64,000 bases of DNA from positions 94,224 through 158,223 of IMG/VR virus record IMGVR_UViG_3300046839_000055; one strand, 5' to 3'. Of the stretch, positions 8,474 to 17,315 are shown one piece after another. Below the pieces are notes generated by a model. The model did no database searches. It saw nothing but the letters and a program-made list of their open reading frames with translations, and was not told the DNA's origin. The position numbers and the translations under genes were made by a program. Origin of the DNA: a virus (taxonomy: Duplodnaviria; Caudoviricetes). Positions within the stretch are counted from its first letter, which is position 1. Each line of letters starts with the position of its first letter.

Positions 8474-10537
8474 TTATTCATCAGCTTGTTTACTGTATGA
8501 CTGCTCGATCAGTTCCATCACATCGTCAATCTCTGACGTATGTTCAAAAAACACCTCAACATCACCATTGCCCCATCTGCCAAGACCGGTGATGTCTTTG
8601 CACAGTCCTTTTGGATCATGAATCTCTGAAAACTTCATATTCAAAGAAATTCGAAGGCGCTGTTTCTGAACAACGATATCAACGAAATTGGTATCCAACT
8701 TGTAGGCGATATACAGCTTCTTAAACTCACGCTTCACATCCGGTGACAGATTACAAATTCGTCTGTCGAGCATATCAAAAAGCGTCCGTGTAAATGCATT
8801 GATATCGTAAGAGTCAATCGTGTATTTCTGGGCAGGCTTTTCCTCTACCTGATATGGCGCAAGTTCAGCAGCAGTAATCTCAGGATAAGTCCATATCTGT
8901 TCTGCCTTTTCGGCCAGCAACTTTGCACGTTCTTTTATGTGCTGTTCATTCCACTCTGTCAGCTTTACCAGATAGGCATTAAGACGCAGAGCGCTTTCTT
9001 TGAATCCACCCTCCATATCCATTTTTACCATAAATGGATTATCGCTCATTTCCGAGTTATAAGCTGTTAGTGTCAGGTTTCCTATTGTATGCAGATAGGT
9101 CTTCTGAACCTCTTTCCAATTTGCGCCAAGCATAGTCTTCCACTCGTCACGTGGATTGCTGTTCTGTGGCATAATGTGTTCAATCGTATAATTCTCGATA
9201 ATGATTGGAGCTTTGTTACCGAAGTTTTCAAGGTGGCTGAGAATGAAGTTTCTGGAACGCATATTGTAAATGTCACGGGACACAAATGCCTTCTCGAATT
9301 TCTCATCATCCGGGAACTCTTTATAGTCATCGCGCAGTACGAAGAAGGCCTTAATAGAATTCATATAATCATCGGTCTTGATTTCATTACGCAGCGTCGC
9401 AAACGTCTTATTAAGCGAATTCGTCGGAATGTCGCAGATGCTTCTACGAAATACATAACTGATGCACATCTTGATAATCTCAATAAGATCATCTTCCGTG
9501 ATAACGCCCTCTGTGCAATCGTTATGCACTTTGAGCAAGAACGGGAATGCTACTTCCATGCGAAGATCGCCAATATCTGAGTACAAAGATTTTAAGACAG
9601 GCTTGTCACTCCTGCGGAATACCATGTTTGTATAGTATGTAGCATAGGTCAGCAGGTCGGCGCAAAGTTCCCGAATCGTGCTGAATTCACAATTCAAGTG
9701 ATAGGCTTTGAATCCCTCATAAACCCGGTCGATCTTCGGGATACGCGTAGTCTTCATCGTCAGGTAATCACGGAAAAATCTATCCATGACAGAGTCCTGC
9801 TTCTCATAATCAAAGAGCAGCTCCATCGGTCTCCACATGTGCTCATATACATATCGTTGTTCTGACGGTTCAAGCCCCATCAGCACATAGTTTCGGATTA
9901 AGTCAGATTCAGACAATTCTTTACCTGTAGAGTTCAAGCTCTCGAAAATTGCCTGCGCATCATCCACATTTCGATCAAGCGTAATATTGACAATCTGTAG
10001 TTTACCTATAGCCTCGTAGACATCTTTCGGCTGCAACTCCATATCAGCTATTTTACCGGCAAAAAAGTTATAGTTCGACAAGATGCGCGACAGACCGGGA
10101 TCACTAATTGGCTTCTTCTCAACGAGACTAATCAGCAGGTCACGGTCAGTTTCTGTAAGAAGCAATTTGTACCTCTCGTCACCATCCTCATATTCGTTCT
10201 TCAGAAGCATATTATCGATGCGACGAGCATTGATAGTGCCATCTTCCGGATGTTCTTCCGCATAGTCGCGGAGGGCAATCAGCAGCAAGCTCAGCGTGGT
10301 TAACTGCCCATCAATTATCATATATTTCTGAACACCAGTCGGCATTGCCTGTTCCGCAATATTTACGATAGAGCCAACAAAGTGACCGACCTTATCCTTT
10401 TTCTGCATGTCAACGATATCATTCCAAAGGCGACTGCATTGTTCCGTCTCCCAACTGTAGTATCTCTGATATACAGGAATGAGAAACTGCTTATTTCCAT
10501 TTAAGATGGCGTAGATATTACCTTTTGTCGCGTCCAT
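8474..10537 (-). CDS. GmrSD-family (DUF262+DUF1524+DUF5655-like) type IV restriction protein with DGQQR motif deleted to DGQ
   Basis: IPVYQRYYSW, IIDGQ--LTT, IFESLNSTG (DUF262); TIEHIMPQ...IGNLTL..YNS (HNH, DUF1524); C-terminal KLYIAYK...GRWGNGD. Confidence 0.88.
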   Translation of the reverse strand: MDATKGNIYAILNGNKQFLIPVYQRYYSWETEQCSRLWNDIVDMQKKDKVGHFVGSIVNIAEQAMPTGVQKYMIIDGQLTTLSLLLIALRDYAEEHPEDGTINARRIDNMLLKNEYEDGDERYKLLLTETDRDLLISLVEKKPISDPGLSRILSNYNFFAGKIADMELQPKDVYEAIGKLQIVNITLDRNVDDAQAIFESLNSTGKELSESDLIRNYVLMGLEPSEQRYVYEHMWRPMELLFDYEKQDSVMDRFFRDYLTMKTTRIPKIDRVYEGFKAYHLNCEFSTIRELCADLLTYATYYTNMVFRRSDKPVLKSLYSDIGDLRMEVAFPFLLKVHNDCTEGVITEDDLIEIIKMCISYVFRRSICDIPTNSLNKTFATLRNEIKTDDYMNSIKAFFVLRDDYKEFPDDEKFEKAFVSRDIYNMRSRNFILSHLENFGNKAPIIIENYTIEHIMPQNSNPRDEWKTMLGANWKEVQKTYLHTIGNLTLTAYNSEMSDNPFMVKMDMEGGFKESALRLNAYLVKLTEWNEQHIKERAKLLAEKAEQIWTYPEITAAELAPYQVEEKPAQKYTIDSYDINAFTRTLFDMLDRRICNLSPDVKREFKKLYIAYKLDTNFVDIVVQKQRLRISLNMKFSEIHDPKGLCKDITGLGRWGNGDVEVFFEHTSEIDDVMELIEQSYSKQADE

Positions 10538-10541
10538 TAGG

Positions 10542-13500
10542 TTAGTCCTCCTTCTTTGTTCCGTATGGCGCAGGTTCTTCCGCTACCATCTGTAAATCCT
10601 GTGCTTTTTTACTGAAAGCCTCAGCATAGTTAACTACCCGATGCTCCATATCGTTATTGTCTGTCCATAGCTCACACTGAAGCATTACTGTAGCAACCGC
10701 ATCATCCATGCCCTCCGGCGGATATTTATGTTTCTTAAGAAGTCTCTTAATCATCATGCGCATCTTGGCACGCGCTGAATCACGCTTTTGCCAATCGATG
10801 GATCGATTCTTTCGTAGTGCCTCTGTAAGCTCTTTTGTTATAGCAATCAGCTCATCATTTTCATAGAAGTCCTTAATCGCCTGCGGCTTGGTAAGAGCAT
10901 CATAGAATGCCAGCTCATCTTCAGAGAGACCAAGCTCATCTCCTGCATCGTGAGCCTCTCGGATATGCTGTGCCATTTTCAGGAGTTCTTCGATGACTTC
11001 CTCATTGGTAAGCATTCCGTTCAGATACCGGTTCATGACGCCCTGTATTATTTCACTGAACTTTTCGGATTTGACCACATTTGTTCGTCTGTAGATCTGT
11101 ATCTGCTCGGCGATCAGCTTTTTCAATAGTTCAACAGCAAGGTTTTTCTCCTTCATCTTTGAGATTTCCTCAAGGAATTTAGGATCAAACAGGGAGAACT
11201 CCTCTTTAACATCAGAGAACAAATTTATAACACCATCGCTCTTGATGCTTGATTTCAGAAGCTCATTGATACGAGCGTTCATTTCCGGCAGAGATATCTT
11301 CTTACCCTCGCCCTGATTCATCAAGCGCATAACAAGCACGCGGACAGATTCAAAGAATGCCGCCTCGACACGTAGGTCACGCTCTACAAGAGATGAGCAT
11401 AGAGATAAAGCCTGACGCAACAACAGTGCCTCTTTGATGAAGTCTTCGCGTTCTCTTTCCTTGTCAGTGCCTACAATGAAGTTAACCGCACCGGTGATAG
11501 CCTTTGAGCGTTCAAGATCGGTGCCGTTCGTAAACTTGGAATAGTCATATCCGTGGAATAGATCACGGCAAACGGAAAGCTTCTCAAGAAACTTCGGATA
11601 CGCAACTTTGGCGATATCGGTATCACCATAGTTCTTTTTATCACGAGCTGTGTAGTCATTCATGGCCTGCTTCAATGCTGACGCAATGCCAACATAGTCG
11701 ACGATTAAACCGCCCTCTTTATCTTGAAAGACACGATTGACGCGGGCAATGGCCTGCATCAGGTTATAGCCCTGCATTGGCTTATAGACATACATCGTTG
11801 CAAGAGAAGGAACATCAAATCCGGTCAGCCACATATCAACGACTATGGCGATCTTCATTTCGCTATTATTGTCTTTGAATTCCTTGGCGAGCTCATCCCT
11901 GCGGCGCTTATTTCCAATAACAGCACGCCACTCTTCTGGATCTTTATTGCTCTCGGTCATTACAACCTTAACCTTTTCTTTCCAGCTTGGGCGCAGTTCA
12001 AGAATACGGTTATAAATCTTCATAGCGATTGCACGGGAATACGCGACAACCATAGCTTTTCCTGTCAGGAGCTCGGCTCGGTAATTTTCATAGTGATCAA
12101 GAATATCATTAACCAGTGAATCTATGGTAGCGTCATTTCCGAGAACAGCCTCCATTTGACCAAGCTCTTTCTTGCTCTTTTCAACCACTTCAGGATCAGC
12201 ATTATTTGCCATGATGTCATATTCCTGATCGATCAGATGAAGCGTAGCCTCATCGAATTTCAGCTTGATTACGCGGCTCTCATAATAGACCGGTCTCGTA
12301 GCGCCGTCCTCTACGGCCTGCGTCATGTCATAAATATCGATATAGTCGCCGAAAACCTCACGGGTATTTCTATCCTTTGCAGCTATAGGTGTTCCGGTAA
12401 ACCCAATATATGTAGCATTTGGAAGGCTGTCACGAATGATACGTGCCGTTCCGACCTTTATCTCGCCGGTCTTGGCGTCAACTTTTTCCTTCAATCCATA
12501 CTGGCTACGATGCGCCTCATCAGCCATAACGATGATGTTGCGGCGCTCTGAAAGCGGCTCTGATGATTCTTCAAACTTCTGCATCGTCGTAAAAATGATG
12601 CCGTTTGCCTGCCTACCGTCCAGCCAGTCCTTCAATCCTATATCATTCTTACCGGAAGTCTCTGTCAATTTCCTGCAGGTAGCATGCACCGGTTCCTGAC
12701 GCAGAAAATCTTTGCACTTAGCAAACTGTCCGTAAAGCTGATCATCAAGATCGTTACGGTCGGTAATTACTACGATAGTTGGGCTATCCAGCGCTTCCTG
12801 TAGAAGGTGTGCATAAAAGACCATAGACAGAGATTTTCCGCTGCCCTGTGTATGCCAGAATACGCCACCTTTACCATCAGTTACTGTCGCGTTCTTTGTA
12901 GATTCGATAGCCTTTCGAACTGCAAAATACTGGTGATAGCCAGCCAGAATCTTAAACTTCTTCAATCCCTCATTGGAGAAGCAGATGAAGTTTTTGATGA
13001 TGTCCAGCAGGCGCTCTTTTTCAAACATTCCCTCAAAGAACGTATCAAACTGAGCGTATTGCGTATTTTCATAGCTGCCGTCTTTTGTTTTCCATTCCAT
13101 GAAGCGATCCTCACCGGAAGTGATGGTTCCGGCCTTGCTGGTCAGATGATCGCTGATGACGCAGATGCAGTTATAAATAAACATTGACGGGATTTCCTGC
13201 ATATAGTTTCTGATCTGCAGATAGCCCTCGGAAGCATCTGTTTCCTCACGAGATGGCGACTTCAGCTCAATAAGCACGACCGGCAGACCATTCAGGAACA
13301 GAAGTACATCTGGACGCTTGTTGCTATTTTCAATGAAAGTCCACTGGTTTGCTACGACAAAGGAGTTATTCTCAGGATTTTTATAGTCGACAATATAGAC
13401 GAGGCCGGAGCGCTCCTCGCCCTTAACGAAATACCGGACTTCGATCCCATGCTGAAGATAATCCATAAAAAGTTCATTTTTCTGGACAAGTTCAGCATTT

Positions 13501-13712
13501 TCAAAATTCTTCAACTTGAACAGCGCGTCCGTAATAGCATCCTCCGGCAATTTCGGATTCAGCCTGTGCAACGCTGATACCAACTCTTCTTCATATAGAG
13601 GGCTACGGAAGTCACGCTCCAAATCCGGCGCGTAGACATACCTGTATCCCATGTTCTGGAATAATTCGATTATCGAATTCTCATAGTCCGCTTCGGTATA
13701 AAATCCTGACAT
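10542..13712 (-). CDS. hsdR: Type I restriction endonuclease subunit R
   Basis: RPDVLLFLNGLPVVLIELK nuclease motif, HTQGSGKS, DEAHRSQY, FTGTP, MWLTGFD, QAIARVNR; ATG 13712 after AAGGAG. Confidence 0.96.
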   Translation of the reverse strand: MSGFYTEADYENSIIELFQNMGYRYVYAPDLERDFRSPLYEEELVSALHRLNPKLPEDAITDALFKLKNFENAELVQKNELFMDYLQHGIEVRYFVKGEERSGLVYIVDYKNPENNSFVVANQWTFIENSNKRPDVLLFLNGLPVVLIELKSPSREETDASEGYLQIRNYMQEIPSMFIYNCICVISDHLTSKAGTITSGEDRFMEWKTKDGSYENTQYAQFDTFFEGMFEKERLLDIIKNFICFSNEGLKKFKILAGYHQYFAVRKAIESTKNATVTDGKGGVFWHTQGSGKSLSMVFYAHLLQEALDSPTIVVITDRNDLDDQLYGQFAKCKDFLRQEPVHATCRKLTETSGKNDIGLKDWLDGRQANGIIFTTMQKFEESSEPLSERRNIIVMADEAHRSQYGLKEKVDAKTGEIKVGTARIIRDSLPNATYIGFTGTPIAAKDRNTREVFGDYIDIYDMTQAVEDGATRPVYYESRVIKLKFDEATLHLIDQEYDIMANNADPEVVEKSKKELGQMEAVLGNDATIDSLVNDILDHYENYRAELLTGKAMVVAYSRAIAMKIYNRILELRPSWKEKVKVVMTESNKDPEEWRAVIGNKRRRDELAKEFKDNNSEMKIAIVVDMWLTGFDVPSLATMYVYKPMQGYNLMQAIARVNRVFQDKEGGLIVDYVGIASALKQAMNDYTARDKKNYGDTDIAKVAYPKFLEKLSVCRDLFHGYDYSKFTNGTDLERSKAITGAVNFIVGTDKEREREDFIKEALLLRQALSLCSSLVERDLRVEAAFFESVRVLVMRLMNQGEGKKISLPEMNARINELLKSSIKSDGVINLFSDVKEEFSLFDPKFLEEISKMKEKNLAVELLKKLIAEQIQIYRRTNVVKSEKFSEIIQGVMNRYLNGMLTNEEVIEELLKMAQHIREAHDAGDELGLSEDELAFYDALTKPQAIKDFYENDELIAITKELTEALRKNRSIDWQKRDSARAKMRMMIKRLLKKHKYPPEGMDDAVATVMLQCELWTDNNDMEHRVVNYAEAFSKKAQDLQMVAEEPAPYGTKKED

Positions 13713-13805
13713 GAGTCTCACTCCTTCGTTTATTTCTTACATTATCCTCTTCTTAGAGGTGGTTTTCATTCATCTTTGCTCCGTTTCAAACAAGAATTTA
13801 GCAGC

Positions 13806-15047
13806 TTAAAGGTCAAGGTCGGAAGCATCAATTTCACCGGACATGAGCTTTGGTAGTAGAGCATCACGCATATTCGCAAGCTTTTCATTCTGGAGTCCAT
13901 TTGCAAATATGACGTCAAAAACCGAATGACAAAATGCATCAAATTTTTCTACAAGCTCTACCGGCGGCAATATGATAGGTTCGGTCTCTATGAAACCGGA
14001 GATATCAAGGTTTTTAATACCTGTTGTCCCGTTTTCATACAGGAAGAAGACGTTTTTGTCATATAGATACTGCCAATAGTAGTACACGAACATGCTATAA
14101 CCCGATTTAGGTTTCATCGCTTTACAGAAATTTGTGCAAACCATACCTTTGTCGTAACGATCAAGGAGCGACTGGGAAATTGATGCAATCCTTCCTGTTG
14201 ATTGTGTGGGACTTCCTCCGGAAATCTCTACAACAACATCGCCAGCGACGAGATGCTTTGCAACATAGTTCTTTGGCAAGATAAAGCGAGTAGGCATTTT
14301 ACCTTTATTGCCGCTTTTGACATCAGGGATGTCAGCGCCTCGAATGCAATAGACCATCTCAGTATTGTTACCGAGTGGGGAATCCTTTCCCCAGTCACCG
14401 GCAATCATGGTATCAATAATGTCGCTAAAAGTGCCTGTTTCCCAAGAAGAGGATTCAGGTGCATCAATGAACCATGATTTGAAGATAGATTGAGCTTGCG
14501 CTTCTAAATTCTTGTTTACCTCCGTATTCTGTGTTATTTTCCTATCCAAGCTACCAAGAACATCTGCAATCTTTTTCTGCGTGGCAAGATCAGGAATTTC
14601 TATTTCCAAATTCTCAATATCTGACGGCTTGATTGATGGATATGCAGATGTACTTTGCTCTGCAATTGCATGGAGCGCTTCCACAAGAGTAGCTTGCGTA
14701 AGCAGATAATAAAGAAAATCCGCATCTAACACTTGGGCATCTGTATCAATAACCGCAAATCCTGTCGACACAAGAAAGTTCTCCGGCTGTGATTTAACGA
14801 TTCCAAAGTGGCGCTGATTCGGGCGCACCGTAGAATATATGATGCTGTCCTTTTTAACTTTCCTTCTTGCCCTGCTTGGGAGTTTTTCGTTCTTTACATC
14901 TATATACTGAATGGAATCAATCTTATTATCGGTAATGTTACCAGTATCCAGATAATTGACAAAATTCCACTCTTCTTTAGGAGAATACGAATCCATATTT
15001 GTTTTGCAAACATCACCTAATCTGATTTTTCTCCATGCTTCCATCAT
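13806..15047 (-). CDS. hsdS: Type I R-M specificity subunit, currently full length (two TRDs)
   Basis: Two TRDs, central PDLATQKKIADVLGSLDRKI..N..NKNLE and terminal LANMRDALLPKLMSGEI conserved regions. Confidence 0.93.
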   Translation of the reverse strand: MMEAWRKIRLGDVCKTNMDSYSPKEEWNFVNYLDTGNITDNKIDSIQYIDVKNEKLPSRARRKVKKDSIIYSTVRPNQRHFGIVKSQPENFLVSTGFAVIDTDAQVLDADFLYYLLTQATLVEALHAIAEQSTSAYPSIKPSDIENLEIEIPDLATQKKIADVLGSLDRKITQNTEVNKNLEAQAQSIFKSWFIDAPESSSWETGTFSDIIDTMIAGDWGKDSPLGNNTEMVYCIRGADIPDVKSGNKGKMPTRFILPKNYVAKHLVAGDVVVEISGGSPTQSTGRIASISQSLLDRYDKGMVCTNFCKAMKPKSGYSMFVYYYWQYLYDKNVFFLYENGTTGIKNLDISGFIETEPIILPPVELVEKFDAFCHSVFDVIFANGLQNEKLANMRDALLPKLMSGEIDASDLDL

Positions 15048-15056
15048 GTCACCGTC

Positions 15057-16046
15057 CTAACCTATATATTTTCTGTGTGCCAATTTTACATTGCTTTGTT
15101 TTACCATCGCATATTGCAGCGTCGTATCAATCCGCTTATGACCAAGCAGCTGCTGCAGCTGTTCAATCGGCATCCCTTTGTCAATTGCCATCGTAGCAAG
15201 TGTACGGCGGAACTTGTGCGGATGTACTTTCTCTATATCCAACCTTTTCCCAAGCTCTCGAAGCCTACGCTCAATGCCGCCGATCTTCAGCCTCTCATGC
15301 GGAGCCCGGAGCGATACAAACAGTGCCGGATTATCATCAGTGCGTTCTTGCAGGTAGTTCTGTAAATGAATCTTAGCCCGTGCGTCAAAGTACACCATCC
15401 GTTCTTTGCTACCTTTACCGAACACAACACATTCCCGTTCCTCGAAGTTGATGTCATCCCTGTTAAGCAAAACCAGCTCTCCGACACGCATCCCCGTTGA
15501 GGCAAGCATATCTATCAGTGCCAGATCTCTTGGCTCCTCGCAATTGTCGCGCATTTTCTCCAAGGCCTCATCGGTATATGTCTCCTTGATAGTCAAGGCT
15601 GCCTTCACCTTATGGATACGGCGTGCCGGGCTCTTTAGGATATAATCCTCATCCTCCAGCCAAGAGAAGAAGCTCGACAGAATTCTTCTGATATTGTCCA
15701 CCGTGACCTTGCTGGAGTTTTTCTCCCGCTGATATTCTGTCAGGTACGTACGCAGGTCATCCGTTTCCATCTCTCGGACATTCTTTTTAACCTTTGCTGT
15801 CATCGTTTCTATCGTAGTCCGATAATAAGTCAACGACTTTTCAGAACATCCCTCGATCCGCTTTGCCGCGAGAAAATTATCCAAAAGCTGTTCATTTGTT
15901 AACGTCGCATTTACTTCTTCCTCCGTCTCGCTTACTTGCTTATGGAACAATGCGTGTTCCAGCACTTCTTGCAGTCTTTCCAACTGCACATTGTTGAGGC
16001 AGCCGAGCATGCCCTGCATAACCTCGTTGATTACTTTCTGTTTCAT
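15057..16046 (-). CDS. Tyrosine recombinase (hsdS invertase)
   Basis: TGMRVGEL, GKGSKER, HPHKFRRT, LLGH, TLQY catalytic residues; lies between hsdS segments; ATG 16046 after AAAGGAG. Confidence 0.92.
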   Translation of the reverse strand: MKQKVINEVMQGMLGCLNNVQLERLQEVLEHALFHKQVSETEEEVNATLTNEQLLDNFLAAKRIEGCSEKSLTYYRTTIETMTAKVKKNVREMETDDLRTYLTEYQREKNSSKVTVDNIRRILSSFFSWLEDEDYILKSPARRIHKVKAALTIKETYTDEALEKMRDNCEEPRDLALIDMLASTGMRVGELVLLNRDDINFEERECVVFGKGSKERMVYFDARAKIHLQNYLQERTDDNPALFVSLRAPHERLKIGGIERRLRELGKRLDIEKVHPHKFRRTLATMAIDKGMPIEQLQQLLGHKRIDTTLQYAMVKQSNVKLAHRKYIG

Positions 16047-16134
16047 AGTCTGTTCTCCTTTTCTATCGTAGAGAAAGACTACGGAGTGGCAATCCCTCTT
16101 TTTAACTCTTGCCACTCGCAAGAGTTATGGTTGT

Positions 16135-16782
16135 ATGTTAAACAAGAATTTACTTGAGCAAGTACGGGCACTGTACAAAGATCGCTTTATAGACCTAATG
16201 CCATTTGGTGGTTCTATGCCTTCAGATTGGCATCTCGGCACTGTGTCCGAAATCATCGAGCTTCACGATTCGAAGCGAATCCCACTTTCAAGTCGTGAAC
16301 GCGCAGAGTTGGATAAAATTTATCCATACTACGGCGCAACCTCTGTAATGGACTATGTGGACAGGTACCTTTTCGATGGAATCTATCTGCTCCTCGGAGA
16401 GGATGGTACTGTTATTGACGGGCAAGGTTTCCCAATCCTTCAGTATGTTGAGGGTAAATTCTGGGTTAATAACCATGCCCACATAATCACTGGTAAGAAC
16501 GGATTCACAGTCGAACTGCTATACCTTTTATTCAGTTTAACAAATGTGCAGTCCATTGTTACCGGAGCCGTTCAACCGAAGATCAGTCAAGCCAATCTGA
16601 ATAAGGTTCCTATCGTTATTCCGTCAGAAGCAGAACTAAAAGCATTTGATGAGAGTATCCAGCCGTTCTTTGCAGAAATCCGTAATTTACGGGCTGAAAA
16701 CGATAGGCTTGCTACTGTACGAGATAGCATGTTACCACGCTTAATGTCCGGAGAGCTTGACGTATCCGATCTGGATTTTTAA
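16135..16782 (+). CDS. hsdS: Inverted, probably silent hsdS 3' half (one TRD plus C-terminal conserved region)
   Basis: Starts at the inversion site (NKNL) and ends LATVRDSMLPRLMSGEL; opposite strand to the operon. Confidence 0.88.
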   Translation: MLNKNLLEQVRALYKDRFIDLMPFGGSMPSDWHLGTVSEIIELHDSKRIPLSSRERAELDKIYPYYGATSVMDYVDRYLFDGIYLLLGEDGTVIDGQGFPILQYVEGKFWVNNHAHIITGKNGFTVELLYLLFSLTNVQSIVTGAVQPKISQANLNKVPIVIPSEAELKAFDESIQPFFAEIRNLRAENDRLATVRDSMLPRLMSGELDVSDLDF

Positions 16783-17315
16783 GCTGCTAAATTCTTGTTT
16801 ATCTCAGTGTTCAGTTGAATCTTGTCATCTAATGCCTTCAGCAATCCTCCTATTTTCTTTTGCTCATCGAAATCGGGAACAGCTATTCGCAAGTTAGCCA
16901 CCACGTCAGTTTGAACTCTTTGCCTACCGGAAGACCCAACCATAGATTTAATCGCCGGATCACGTACAAGCGGACTGCAAATCAGATAGTACAAATAGTC
17001 CGGATCGGTTCCTTCTTTTGCTCTGAAAACAATGTATTCAGTGGAGCCAAAGCCGACTTCTCCATTATCAAGGCATCTGACCTGAGCGGTTTTCCCGTTC
17101 TCAAGGCAAGGAGTAATTCTTGCCATGATCGTATCCATGTTCCTGAACTTTGTCCCGCCTTTGAATTCCTCCATCTGATAGCCGGGAACATCTCTCGTAA
17201 AAGGTTGAAGCACGTCCATAGGGATTTTCTTCGCTACTGATCCTTTGCTTATTGACTCACGAGGATTTATCTGGGCGATGTCAGAAATGCTTCTTGTTAT
17301 CCATTCAGATTTCAT
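16779..17315 (-). CDS. hsdS: hsdS 5' half (one TRD), currently ending NKNLAA*
   Basis: ATG overlaps hsdM end; ARITPCLENGK TRD, PDFDEQKKIGGLLKALDDKIQLN conserved region, stop 2 codons after the inversion site. Confidence 0.9.
   Translation of the reverse strand: MKSEWITRSISDIAQINPRESISKGSVAKKIPMDVLQPFTRDVPGYQMEEFKGGTKFRNMDTIMARITPCLENGKTAQVRCLDNGEVGFGSTEYIVFRAKEGTDPDYLYYLICSPLVRDPAIKSMVGSSGRQRVQTDVVANLRIAVPDFDEQKKIGGLLKALDDKIQLNTEINKNLAA

Larger units (their letters stand above)
13788..16800. repeat. Four copies of hsdS inversion site AAACAAGAATTTA
   Basis: + at 13788-13800, - at 14505-14517, + at 16140-16152, - at 16788-16800; outer pair extends to a 23-bp perfect IR (13788-13810 / 16778-16800). 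Confidence 0.92.
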
